Source: a virus (taxonomy: Duplodnaviria > Caudoviricetes). From it: a stretch of DNA of 64,000 nt. A model generated the notes under the pieces. The model saw only the letters and a program-made list of their open reading frames with translations, made no database searches and was not told where the DNA came from. Shown in pieces: positions 41,536 to 50,535 of this stretch. A program made the translations under genes and the position numbers. The stretch lies in the IMG/VR virus record IMGVR_UViG_3300032330_001742, positions 1 to 64,000 of that record; one strand, 5' to 3'. Numbering within the stretch: the first letter of the stretch is position 1; every line of letters begins with the position of its first letter.

Positions 41536-41835
41536 ATGAACGGTGTAAAAAATATTTGGAATATTCTTATGCGTATTGTTGCAGTATTTGCAGCAAATGG
41601 TTTGGCAGTTATTGGTGCTGGCGCAATCGCAGGAATTTCAACAGTTAAGGCTATTACAGTTGCAGGACTTACAGCAGTTGCAGCAGTAGTTGAGAAATTG
41701 GCTCGTGCATTCATGGACGATGGAAGACTTACAGCAGATGAGATTAATTCAGCATTCTCTACAACAGATAAAAATGCTACAACTGTAGAAGATTTGGTTG
41801 TTGAACAACGCAGATCACGCTCAAAAAAGGCATAA
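41536..41835 (+). CDS. Membrane protein, holin-like
   Basis: Two hydrophobic helices, charged C-terminus, GAGGAG SD. Confidence 0.5.
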   Translation: MNGVKNIWNILMRIVAVFAANGLAVIGAGAIAGISTVKAITVAGLTAVAAVVEKLARAFMDDGRLTADEINSAFSTTDKNATTVEDLVVEQRRSRSKKA

Positions 41836-41843
41836 ATCTATAG

Positions 41844-41900
41844 TTGACAGCCCTCTTTAGGCAATGGTATACTTAGGTATATCTATCTAGAGAGGGCTTT
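41844..41900 (+). promoter_or_regulatory. Promoter whose -10 lies inside a 12-bp inverted repeat
   Basis: TTGACA-18 nt-TATACT; AGCCCTCTTTAG...CTAGAGAGGGCT then TTT. Confidence 0.6.
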
Positions 41901-41904
41901 TGCC

Positions 41905-42429
41905 ATGACTTGTATTGCTGTAGTAAAACATGAAGACAAAATTTATATGGCTGGAGATCGTGGTGCTTCAGATGATGGTACCATTTTAGCACTTGATGCC
42001 CCAAAAGTTTGGAAGATTGGTCCTTATTTAATTGGATATGCAGGAGCAATGGATGGTGAACGAATTCGTTATAACTTTAAACCGTCACTTCCAAATATTC
42101 GTGACACAGATAAATTTATGCAAACCAAATTTGTTAAAGAACTGCGTGAATTTTATAATGAATTCTGGGTTGATACATCTAAAGATGGAGATCTTGGTTT
42201 AATTATCGCTGTTCGTGGAGAAATTTATGAACACAGTTCTGCAGATATGTCTTTATCTAAATACACACTACCTTATCTTGCTATGGGTTCTGGTGCAGAA
42301 TATGCTTATGGTGTTTTATACGCAACAGATAAACAAAAAAATGCAAGAAATAGAGTTATTCAGGCAGTTAACGCTGCAATTAAGTTTAGCCCATCATGTA
42401 TGGGCCCAGTTGACATTGTAACCATCTAA
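41905..42429 (+). CDS. HslV/proteasome-beta-like Ntn peptidase
   Basis: N-terminal M-T-C, AGD, K, GYAG, AMGSG. Confidence 0.8.
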   Translation: MTCIAVVKHEDKIYMAGDRGASDDGTILALDAPKVWKIGPYLIGYAGAMDGERIRYNFKPSLPNIRDTDKFMQTKFVKELREFYNEFWVDTSKDGDLGLIIAVRGEIYEHSSADMSLSKYTLPYLAMGSGAEYAYGVLYATDKQKNARNRVIQAVNAAIKFSPSCMGPVDIVTI

Positions 42430-42444
42430 GGGTATACTTAATAT

Positions 42445-42648
42445 ATGAATCACACACACGATGATTTATCACCAGAAGAACAAGAGTTTGGTATTTGGTT
42501 ATCAAATGGTATTGATCGTGGCTGGGTAACACCACCATATTGCAATACACATGATGGTGGATACGAATATATTGGTGAAGAAGAAGCAGAAGAATGGGAA
42601 GCAGGTGGCGACCCATGCCAACATGTCGTCAGATTGATGATATCTTAA
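42445..42648 (+). CDS. Hypothetical protein
   Basis: Leaderless, after TTGACA-17-TATACT (42410-42438). Confidence 0.65.
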   Translation: MNHTHDDLSPEEQEFGIWLSNGIDRGWVTPPYCNTHDGGYEYIGEEEAEEWEAGGDPCQHVVRLMIS

Positions 42649-42665
42649 AAATGAAAAGGAATAAA

Positions 42666-43451
42666 ATGAAAAAGATCATAGCACTAGCAGCAGTATTATT
42701 TTCAGTTGTAGTACCAATTCAAGCAAATGGAGCAGAGACTAAGTCTCTTGTAATTATCGATAGTTATTTTGATTCTAAAGTAACAGATAAAAATGTATCA
42801 TGTATTGTTGTTTCAACAAATTCTTCATGTACAGATGTTGTAACTATTACTAGTCCACTTGTTGGAAATGTTATTAATCATGGTAATGCAATGGTAGAAG
42901 TTGCTAAACGACAAAATGCAAACCTAAAAATTATTGCACTTAGGTCTGCACCTGCAAGCGCAAAGTCAGTTGCAGATGTTACGCCAGCAATGTTTATTGA
43001 TGCTCTAAAGTGGGTAGACAATAACTCTAATAATGTAGGAGCAGTATCATTCTCAAGATACTTTAATCATGCAACAAAGCCATGTATGCCAACTACATCA
43101 GCACCATATACACCAGAATTAGCAGATGCAGCAATCAAATCTTTGATCTCATCACTTAACTCAAAGGGTATTCAAATTTTTGCAGCAACAGGAAATACAT
43201 TTGGAAGTACAAAGATTGATTATCCAGCATGTCTTTCATCAGTAAATGCAGTAACAGCACCAGGACTTGCCGATAACTCTGCAGTAAAATATTCTGCAGA
43301 TCTTATTAGATTGCCATTGCTTGGTGATAACTATTTATCATCAGTCTTTAAGGCTATTCCTCTAACTACATCTTCTGCTACAGCATCAGTTGCAGCACAA
43401 TATGTTAGCCTTGGTTCTATTATTGGAAAGCCAGTCAAAGTAACCGCTTAA
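42666..43451 (+). CDS. Secreted compact subtilisin-like (S8) protein
   Basis: Signal peptide; IIDS, NHG, AATGN, YPAC, TTSSATA. Confidence 0.65.
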   Translation: MKKIIALAAVLFSVVVPIQANGAETKSLVIIDSYFDSKVTDKNVSCIVVSTNSSCTDVVTITSPLVGNVINHGNAMVEVAKRQNANLKIIALRSAPASAKSVADVTPAMFIDALKWVDNNSNNVGAVSFSRYFNHATKPCMPTTSAPYTPELADAAIKSLISSLNSKGIQIFAATGNTFGSTKIDYPACLSSVNAVTAPGLADNSAVKYSADLIRLPLLGDNYLSSVFKAIPLTTSSATASVAAQYVSLGSIIGKPVKVTA

Positions 43452-43458
43452 AAGGTTT

Positions 43459-43531
43459 TGGACTGTAGTTCAGTTGGTAGAACACTCGACTGTTAATCGA
43501 GATGTCGCAGGATCGAGACCTGCCAGTCCAG
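43459..43531 (+). tRNA. tRNA-Asn(GTT)
   Basis: TGGACTG/CAGTCCA acceptor stem; CTCGA-CTGTTAA-TCGAG anticodon arm. Confidence 0.9.
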
Positions 43532-43575
43532 CAAAGAATGATATAATATACTTATAAGATCCGTAGGAGGATACA

Positions 43576-44373
43576 ATGGCAACAAAAGGTTCACTAGAAG
43601 CAATTATTGAAATTGCAAAAAAAGAAATTGGAACTATCGAAGGTCCAAAAGATAATGAGACAAAGTATGGGAAATGGACTGGAGCAAACTTTTTGCCATG
43701 GTGCCAATCATTTGTTTCATGGTGTGCATTTACTGCAGGACTAGATCCTAAAACTTATCCAAAGAGTGCAGCGACAGTTGCAGCATCTGATTGGTTTAAG
43801 AAAAATGATCGTTGGGCAGATGCTCGTAATGATGATCCAACTCCAGGAGACTGGATTTATTTTGATTTTCCAGATGATGGTGTTAATCGTATTTCTCACG
43901 TAGGTCTTTGCATTAAGAATAATGGCGATGGAACAATCCAAGTTATTGAAGGCAATACTTCAGGAACTGCTAAGGGAGACCAACGCAATGGAGGAATGTG
44001 CGTAGAAAAAACTCGTGCATATGTAAAGAATAATAAGCCTAAGTTAATGAATGCAATTGTTGGTTGGGGTCGTCCAGTATATGCTGGTGAGGAAAACCTT
44101 CCATTACTTTCAAAGGTAGGGTCGTCCGATGCACCAGTTAAAGCATCAAAGCCTGCTGCAACAGCACCTGCTGCTAAAAAAGAGTTTAAAGCATTTAAAA
44201 TTGGATCTAAAGGTTCTTCTGTAAAGAAGGTTCAGGATGCACTTGGGCTTACTGCAGATGGAGATTTTGGTCCAGGAACAGATAAAGCGGTAAAGGATTT
44301 TCAAAAGAAAAATAAGTTAACTCCAAATGGAATTGTTGATTCAATTACCTACAAGAAAATTTTAGGTGCATAA
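43576..44373 (+). CDS. Endolysin (CHAP domain + peptidoglycan-binding domain)
   Basis: PWCQSFVSW, SHVG, IEGNT; ADGDFGPGT..AVKDFQ. Confidence 0.88.
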   Translation: MATKGSLEAIIEIAKKEIGTIEGPKDNETKYGKWTGANFLPWCQSFVSWCAFTAGLDPKTYPKSAATVAASDWFKKNDRWADARNDDPTPGDWIYFDFPDDGVNRISHVGLCIKNNGDGTIQVIEGNTSGTAKGDQRNGGMCVEKTRAYVKNNKPKLMNAIVGWGRPVYAGEENLPLLSKVGSSDAPVKASKPAATAPAAKKEFKAFKIGSKGSSVKKVQDALGLTADGDFGPGTDKAVKDFQKKNKLTPNGIVDSITYKKILGA

Positions 44374-44574
44374 ATGGAGTCAACTAAAAGAACATCTATT
44401 AAAACTATTACTTGGGAAACTTTTCATCTAACAGTACTTGCTGGAATTATTTATGCATTTACTGGTGAATGGGAGTATGCAACACTTGGAGCAATATTTT
44501 ATATTGCTATTGAATCATTTGGATATTTTATACATGAAAGATTGTGGGCAAAGTTTGGGAAAGGGGTAAGGTAA
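44374..44574 (+). CDS. DUF2061-like membrane protein
   Basis: KRTSIKTITW...YFIHERLW. Confidence 0.75.
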   Translation: MESTKRTSIKTITWETFHLTVLAGIIYAFTGEWEYATLGAIFYIAIESFGYFIHERLWAKFGKGVR

Positions 44575-44681
44575 TGCGTATTAAAATTATCAAGTTTGTA
44601 GTTAAAACACTTGGGTATGAATGGGGCGGAGAAAACCTTAAACTACCTTATTGGACAGTAAAAGCAAAAAAGAAAAATTAA
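44574..44681 (+). CDS. Small hypothetical protein (not in track)
   Basis: 35 aa, TAATG coupling. Confidence 0.5.
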   Translation: MRIKIIKFVVKTLGYEWGGENLKLPYWTVKAKKKN

Positions 44682-44683
44682 GC

Positions 44684-44869
44684 ATGGCACTGTACGAATA
44701 TGATTGCATGCCATGTGCAAAAAGATATACAAAGGAGCGGTCTATAAAAGATAATGATCCTGGATACCAATGTGAAGTTTGCAATGCTAACTTAGTTCGT
44801 GTATACTCTAATGTAGGAGCAGTTTTTAACGGCAGTGGTTTTTATAGCACTGATAATAGAAAGAAGTAG
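44684..44869 (+). CDS. FmdB-family Zn-ribbon protein
   Basis: YEYDC..C...C..C...FNGSGFYSTD. Confidence 0.85.
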   Translation: MALYEYDCMPCAKRYTKERSIKDNDPGYQCEVCNANLVRVYSNVGAVFNGSGFYSTDNRKK

Positions 44870-44875
44870 TATACT

Positions 44876-45130
44876 ATGAATACAATGATTGAGACACCAG
44901 AAGAAATAAAAGAATGGACTCTACGGGCAACAGATAGGTGTGATTCCTGTGCTGCAGAGGCATTAGTTCAAGTAACTGGACTTAATGGTGATCTTTTATT
45001 TTGTGGACATCATTATAATAAAATTATGGACAATCCAGAATCATATAAAAAGATGATGTCTTTCATGATTAGTATTGTAGATGAAAGAGATAAACTTATT
45101 GAAAATAAAGAAAAGGGTAAAGACTACTAA
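44876..45130 (+). CDS. Actinobacterial-type small Zn-binding protein
   Basis: DRCDSC...LLFCGHH. Confidence 0.6.
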   Translation: MNTMIETPEEIKEWTLRATDRCDSCAAEALVQVTGLNGDLLFCGHHYNKIMDNPESYKKMMSFMISIVDERDKLIENKEKGKDY

Positions 45131-45642
45131 TGATTATTCAAATGATGGGTATGGATTCAGAAACAAGAGAAAAACTTGGTAGATCACTAGCAAGCAAACT
45201 TGATGCTTGGTATTTAGATAGCAAAGATTTGCCAATGGGTCATACACAGCCACAGCAGGCACGTTGGTTGCGTGTTGTAGCAAAGGTTTATGACAGAAAT
45301 AATCGTGGACATATAATTACAAGTGGTTTTTTTGCAACAGCAGAAGCACGTGAGCAGTATCGTATTGAAGGTGGAAGACAGGTACCAGATTTTTCTGTAT
45401 ACGTTGATACAATACCACATGATCAATTTCACACAATTCCAGGATATGTAGAGCGAGTGGTAAACAATGTAGATGATCATACTAAAGATGAGATGCAGAG
45501 ATTAGATTATTGGGAAGAGCCAACTGAATTTGATTATGATTTGATTATTAAAGATGCTTCTAATATTGAAGAAACTGTAAAATATATTTTAGAAAAATAT
45601 AACAGTAAAATGACTAATTATACTATTATAACAAAAGGATAA
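45130..45642 (+). CDS. APS-kinase-like protein with degenerate P-loop
   Basis: Aligns by eye with 46192 N-terminal domain but GMDSETRE replaces GLPGAGKT. Confidence 0.5.
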   Translation: MIIQMMGMDSETREKLGRSLASKLDAWYLDSKDLPMGHTQPQQARWLRVVAKVYDRNNRGHIITSGFFATAEAREQYRIEGGRQVPDFSVYVDTIPHDQFHTIPGYVERVVNNVDDHTKDEMQRLDYWEEPTEFDYDLIIKDASNIEETVKYILEKYNSKMTNYTIITKG

Positions 45643-45643
45643 T

Positions 45644-46195
45644 ATGTCTAAAATTGCAGAAAAGTTTAATTTTAAATATGTACGTGATTTCAATGTAGAT
45701 AAAATAATTGATATTGCAAATTTAAATAAAGATGTTTGGTTTTTTGAAGAACCAGATGTAAAAGTTTATTCAAAATATTATGCGGTATATGAGTCATCAA
45801 TTCATTGGAAACCAGAAAGTGAACCATTTGTAGTAACTCAAGAATCAAATGATGAACAACTTTTAAGTCTTCTTGAACCAATTATTTTTCATTTAGAAAT
45901 GCTTTGTGATGGAGTACGTGCTGAGGTTATTATTACTAATCTAAGAGGATATAATAAAATTGACTTGCATATGGATCATGGTCCCTATCTATCAAAAGTA
46001 AGAAGGCACCATATACCATTGATTACTTCAGAACTTGTTGATTTTTGTGTTGGAAGTGATAAGGTAAACATGAAGGTTGGTGAGTGTTGGGAAATTAATA
46101 ATAATAGACCACATTCAGTACAAAACAATGGCAATGAAGATCGTATACATGTTATAATTGACATAATGCCAAAAACAGAAATGGGAAATATATGA
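45644..46195 (+). CDS. Aspartyl/asparaginyl beta-hydroxylase-family oxygenase
   Basis: HMD, RHHIPL, WEINNNRPHSV.N.G..DRIHVIID. Confidence 0.8.
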   Translation: MSKIAEKFNFKYVRDFNVDKIIDIANLNKDVWFFEEPDVKVYSKYYAVYESSIHWKPESEPFVVTQESNDEQLLSLLEPIIFHLEMLCDGVRAEVIITNLRGYNKIDLHMDHGPYLSKVRRHHIPLITSELVDFCVGSDKVNMKVGECWEINNNRPHSVQNNGNEDRIHVIIDIMPKTEMGNI

Positions 46196-46959
46196 TAATA
46201 CTTTTTATAGGATTGCCAGGTGCTGGAAAAACCAGTATTGCTGGAGCAGTATCAGATAGGATTAATGGTTTGCACATTAATGCAGATGAAGTAAGAGGTG
46301 GACTCAATAAAGATCTTGGATTCACGCCCGAAGATCGCATTGAGCAAGCAAGACGTATGGGTGAACTTGCACGATTAATGGAAAACAAGCAAGACCGTCC
46401 AGTGATTGTTGATTTTGTTTGTCCAACTGAAGAAACTCGTAAAGCATTTGGTGAAGCAGATCTAGTTGTTTGGGTAGATACAATTAAAGAGGGTAGATTT
46501 GAAGATACTAATAAACTTTGGGAAGACCCACAACACTATGATCATCGTATTGAAGTAACTGGAGATGATTATTTAGATTCATTGCCAACACGAGCAATTA
46601 CAGTTGTTCGCAAGTTTGGACTTATTGATTGGAAAGAAGATACAGTTCTTCTTCTTGGTCGTTACCAGCCTTGGCATGAAGGCCACCGTGCTCTTTATGA
46701 AGAAGCAAAGAAGAGGGCATACCAGGTTGTTATTGGAGTACGACATACATCTGGTATGACAGAAAAAGATCCACTACACTTCCATGAAGTTAAGCAGCAC
46801 ATACTAAATGATGTTCCAGATGCATTTGTAGTTAAGATGCCTAACATTACTAATATTGTTTATGGTCGTGATGTAGGATATAAGATTGAACAAGTAGATT
46901 TGGGGGCAGACATTCATGCTATTAGCGCTACGCAAAAGCGTAAAGAAATGGGTATTTAA
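46192..46959 (+). CDS. APS-kinase (CysC)-like domain fused to HIGH-type nucleotidyltransferase
   Basis: GLPGAGKT, ADEVR..DLGF..EDR; GRYQPWHEGH, ISATQKR. Confidence 0.8.
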   Translation: MIILFIGLPGAGKTSIAGAVSDRINGLHINADEVRGGLNKDLGFTPEDRIEQARRMGELARLMENKQDRPVIVDFVCPTEETRKAFGEADLVVWVDTIKEGRFEDTNKLWEDPQHYDHRIEVTGDDYLDSLPTRAITVVRKFGLIDWKEDTVLLLGRYQPWHEGHRALYEEAKKRAYQVVIGVRHTSGMTEKDPLHFHEVKQHILNDVPDAFVVKMPNITNIVYGRDVGYKIEQVDLGADIHAISATQKRKEMGI

Positions 46960-47018
46960 TTTCTTTTTAAGTAATGATTTAGCAGACAAAGAAGCAAGAC
47001 TCTATTTTAAGGATAAAG

Positions 47019-47228
47019 ATGAAAGTAACTAAGCAAAGATCTGCGTTAAAGGCAATAACTTGGCGCATAATTGGAACTGCGGATACCTTTGTACTATCAT
47101 ATTTTATAACACACAAAGCAATTACTGCTGCATCAATTGCAGGGTTTGAGGTACTAACAAAAACAATTCTTTATTACTTTCATGAGCGTGGTTGGAATAA
47201 AGTTAAATGGGGGAGAAAGAATGCGTAA
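47019..47228 (+). CDS. DUF2061 membrane protein
   Basis: RSALKAITWRIIGT...YYFHERGWNKVKWG. Confidence 0.85.
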   Translation: MKVTKQRSALKAITWRIIGTADTFVLSYFITHKAITAASIAGFEVLTKTILYYFHERGWNKVKWGRKNA

Positions 47229-47862
47229 AGTATTAGTAACAGCAATCATCAGCATTGCACTTATTGGGGGCACAGCCCAAGCAGCAGGACCAGTATCATA
47301 CAAGGATGCTACAACGGCCTTAAATAGCCTTAAGGTGGCAGATGAGGTGCGTACAGGGTACAAGCGCACACTCTTTAAACATTGGACTGGAGCAGGCAAT
47401 GGATGTGATTCTCGCAAAGCAGTAATCATTTCTGAAGCAATCGTTAAGCCAGTTGTTGAAAAGGGTTGCGTTATTAAGGGTGGAGAATGGTTGTCTATCT
47501 ATGATAATGTTAAGGTTACAGAAGCAGGGAAGTTGGATGTAGATCATATGGTTCCACTTGCCGAAGCCTGGGATTCTGGAGCATCTGCATGGGATGCAGC
47601 AAAGAAAGAAATGTATGCCAATGATCAAACAGATCCAAGACATCTTATCGCAGTAACTGGGGGATCGAATAGATCTAAGTCAGATCAAGATCCAGCAGAA
47701 TGGATGCCAACGAATAAGGCCTATGCATGTGAGTACCTAACTAATTGGGTATCTATCAAGGTTCGTTGGAGTCTTTCTGTAGACAAGAAAGAAAAAGATT
47801 TTATTACAACTGCATTAAAGCCATGCAAAAATACAAAGTTTAGCGTGGTGCCAGTAAAGTGA
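47221..47862 (+). CDS. Secreted HNH nuclease (DUF1524-like)
   Basis: Signal peptide; DVDHMVPLAEAWDSGA; SNRSKSD. Confidence 0.85.
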   Translation: MRKVLVTAIISIALIGGTAQAAGPVSYKDATTALNSLKVADEVRTGYKRTLFKHWTGAGNGCDSRKAVIISEAIVKPVVEKGCVIKGGEWLSIYDNVKVTEAGKLDVDHMVPLAEAWDSGASAWDAAKKEMYANDQTDPRHLIAVTGGSNRSKSDQDPAEWMPTNKAYACEYLTNWVSIKVRWSLSVDKKEKDFITTALKPCKNTKFSVVPVK

Positions 47863-48119
47863 AGCACATACTTTATTTTACAGCAGACTGGTGCAATCCA
47901 TGTCAGAGAACAAAGCCAGTTGCAGAAGAGTTGATGACTGAAGGACTTATTAACTTTACTTTTATTGATGTAGACATTGAATTAGAAATGGCAAAAGATT
48001 TTGAAATTAAATCTGTTCCTACTTTTATTTTAATTGAAGATAAAAAAATTATTGCTAGAACCAATGGAGCAAAAACAAGAGAACAGTTTTTAGAATTTAT
48101 TGGAAATCAACTTGACTGA
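47859..48119 (+). CDS. Thioredoxin
   Basis: WCNPC, SVPTF. Confidence 0.9.
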   Translation: MKHILYFTADWCNPCQRTKPVAEELMTEGLINFTFIDVDIELEMAKDFEIKSVPTFILIEDKKIIARTNGAKTREQFLEFIGNQLD

Positions 48120-48441
48120 AGATGATTTTATAGAAGCCTTGATTTTAAATGGTGCCTTAGAGGTAACTGCAATAGATATAGATTCTGGAGAACCACTGTA
48201 TAAGTTTACAGATAAACTAAGAGAGTTTTCTCCAGAATTATATGAAACCCAGCAGTCAATGTTTCATGAAGAACTCATGTCACTTTGGGAAGATGGTTTC
48301 CTTGATCTAGATCCAATGGAAAAAAATCCAATGGTAAAACTAACCTTTAAAGCATTTAGTGCTGTTGAAATTGACAAACTAGATGATTCAAAAAAGTCAA
48401 TGCTTAAAGAAATAATTAGAATAATGTTAACAGAACACTGA
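48100..48441 (+). CDS. Hypothetical protein
   Basis: Acidic ORF overlapping thioredoxin. Confidence 0.55.
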   Translation: MEINLTEDDFIEALILNGALEVTAIDIDSGEPLYKFTDKLREFSPELYETQQSMFHEELMSLWEDGFLDLDPMEKNPMVKLTFKAFSAVEIDKLDDSKKSMLKEIIRIMLTEH

Positions 48442-48453
48442 TATACTTACAGT

Positions 48454-48882
48454 ATGAGTGCTTTTGAAAACTATTTACTGGGCTTTTTTTCAACAATTTT
48501 TATTTTTTTCTGTGTTGCAAAACTATCTGCCAAGATGTTTGTAATTGAAAAGGTTAAGAGTCCATACAGGTATAGTCAAAAAAATATACACTATTTAGTT
48601 AGTCCATATATTGGGGTTATGCCAAACAAACCAAAAAATACTCAATCTTTAAAGCATTTTAATAAAACTAATTTAAAGGTAATTATTGTAGATGGTGAGG
48701 CATTTTGGGTAAAGGATAATACACTTTATACAGCCAAGGTAAATCATGAGGGTGTTGATAAAGATACCACATCTGTAGTTGACACAATGAGTATGGATAA
48801 GGTACAATTAGATAAGATGTTGTTCATTATAGATCAACTAAGAGATGGGAATAGTAATGATAGTAGGGGTCCAAGGTACTAG
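48454..48882 (+). CDS. Hypothetical membrane-anchored protein
   Basis: N-terminal TM; leaderless promoter 48439. Confidence 0.6.
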   Translation: MSAFENYLLGFFSTIFIFFCVAKLSAKMFVIEKVKSPYRYSQKNIHYLVSPYIGVMPNKPKNTQSLKHFNKTNLKVIIVDGEAFWVKDNTLYTAKVNHEGVDKDTTSVVDTMSMDKVQLDKMLFIIDQLRDGNSNDSRGPRY

Positions 48883-49207
48883 TAGTTTTGAAGACTACAA
48901 TGTATTTTTAAGAGCAATGGCAGTTGCCATGTCTGGTATGCCTGTAGAAGATAAAACTTTTGACTTGTACACTGCTGGACCAGTAAAAATTAATTCTATG
49001 GTTTCTGAATTTGTTAATGTGTCAGAGCGTGGAATGAAATCTCGTGGAAAAAAGATTAGATCCTACAAGGTTCCACCAAGTTGGATTGAAGAAAACATAT
49101 CTGCGATAAATTATTTGGCTTTTTTTAGTCAGCCAAAAGAAAATGCTTCACATTTAGTTAAAGTAGCAGAAGAAAACAATATTGAAGTCGGAATATTCAA
49201 ATACTAG
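48857..49207 (+). CDS. Hypothetical protein, possibly YspA/SLOG-like
   Basis: MIVGVQGTSSFEDY resembles the SLOG N-terminus; promoter TTGACA-18-TACAAT 48779-48808. Confidence 0.45.
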   Translation: MIVGVQGTSSFEDYNVFLRAMAVAMSGMPVEDKTFDLYTAGPVKINSMVSEFVNVSERGMKSRGKKIRSYKVPPSWIEENISAINYLAFFSQPKENASHLVKVAEENNIEVGIFKY

Positions 49208-49208
49208 A

Positions 49209-49430
49209 ATGGAAAATAAAATGATTGTAAAAGATTTAGAAACTATGGAGTCAATTGTAACTTCAAACAAGACACTTTTTTGGGATGGATGGACAGTTGT
49301 TAATTCTTATCCTTCAGAAAAAGGTCGTACATCTAAGAATGGTGCACTTGTTGATTCTAAGTGGCACATTCAAACTCGGTATGAACCAAACCAAGATGGC
49401 TGGAATATCCCTTCAAAGTTTGCAGGTTAA
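49209..49430 (+). CDS. Hypothetical protein
   Basis: ORF with WDGW motif. Confidence 0.55.
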   Translation: MENKMIVKDLETMESIVTSNKTLFWDGWTVVNSYPSEKGRTSKNGALVDSKWHIQTRYEPNQDGWNIPSKFAG

Positions 49431-49433
49431 AGT

Positions 49434-49724
49434 ATGAAGAAGCATGAGTGGAAAGATGATGCTCTATGCTTAGAATATGATACTAATCTATTTTTTGATA
49501 AATATGAGGAAGATGAACTTCTAAGACCAGCAATAGATAAACTATGTTCTAACTGTCCAATTAGTAAAAATTGTTTTGCTGTTGGTATAACTGGAAAAGA
49601 GTGGGGAGTATGGGGTGGTGTTTATCTAGAAGGTGGAGAAATATCTAGAGAATTCAATAAGCATAAAGATAAAGCAACATGGGGAGATACATGGAAGTAC
49701 TTAACAATGGAGTCAGATAACTAA
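49434..49724 (+). CDS. whiB: WhiB-family transcription factor
   Basis: W...ALC, LFF, CxxCP....C, GVWGG. Confidence 0.92.
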   Translation: MKKHEWKDDALCLEYDTNLFFDKYEEDELLRPAIDKLCSNCPISKNCFAVGITGKEWGVWGGVYLEGGEISREFNKHKDKATWGDTWKYLTMESDN

Positions 49725-49961
49725 ATGTATACAGACGCAATGAAGAGGGCTTTTAGATCTTTGACACCTCCTGCAAACTTTTCTGTTTCTATTATTGATG
49801 ATGAGTTTTTTTTAACAGTATTAGCAAAAGAAAAAGATTTTATGCAGTTAAGCGTAGACGATAAATACCGTGCTGTAGAATATATGATAAGGGTTAAGAA
49901 TGCATTAGAGGATAATGGTGCAGTAGTTCAACTTGTAAGAGAAGGAGGAAAACGTGACTAA
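49725..49961 (+). CDS. Hypothetical protein
   Basis: Adjacent to whiB. Confidence 0.6.
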   Translation: MYTDAMKRAFRSLTPPANFSVSIIDDEFFLTVLAKEKDFMQLSVDDKYRAVEYMIRVKNALEDNGAVVQLVREGGKRD

Positions 49962-50370
49962 TATTTTTTATTATTTTATTTTTATTTCTTTTGTTGCTAT
50001 GTTTTCTATTTTACTAATTAACTGGAATATGATTAAAATTGAAAATACAAAACTTAAATCACAAATGATTGATGTAATGCAGCAAAATCAAATATTTAAA
50101 ACTTTGCTGGATCAAAAAGATAGTGCTAATGTTGAAAAAACTGAAGCATTTTTAAATTTTGTTACACAGTCTAGAGATTGGGCTTTTGAATATATTGAAG
50201 ATGTTCAGCGTGTAATAAATAGTGTTTTAAAGCAAACAGAATCAACTGTTAAATATCACAATGAGTTTTCTTCACTAGTTATTGAACCATACAAAAAACA
50301 ACTAGATACACTAGTTAATGCTATTGAGGAATTAAAATTTTTACTACCAAACGAGGAGTTCTTTAAATGA
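49954..50370 (+). CDS. Hypothetical TM/coiled-coil protein
   Basis: GTG start after GGAGG; N-terminal TM. Confidence 0.55.
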   Translation: MTNIFYYFIFISFVAMFSILLINWNMIKIENTKLKSQMIDVMQQNQIFKTLLDQKDSANVEKTEAFLNFVTQSRDWAFEYIEDVQRVINSVLKQTESTVKYHNEFSSLVIEPYKKQLDTLVNAIEELKFLLPNEEFFK

Positions 50371-50525
50371 AAGACATTATACTATCAACACTAACAGGTT
50401 TTGGATGTGGCATTGTTTTTGCTGCATTCAAATTGCCAGTACCAGCACCACCAGTTTTTGCGGGAGTCGCAGGAATTATTGGTTTATGGATTGGCTTCAC
50501 AGTACTAACAAACGTTATATCCTAG
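50367..50525 (+). CDS. XapX/DUF1427-like membrane protein (not in track)
   Basis: FAAFKLPVPAPPVFAGVAGIIGLWIG. Confidence 0.75.
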   Translation: MKDIILSTLTGFGCGIVFAAFKLPVPAPPVFAGVAGIIGLWIGFTVLTNVIS

Positions 50526-50535
50526 GAGGAATAAT

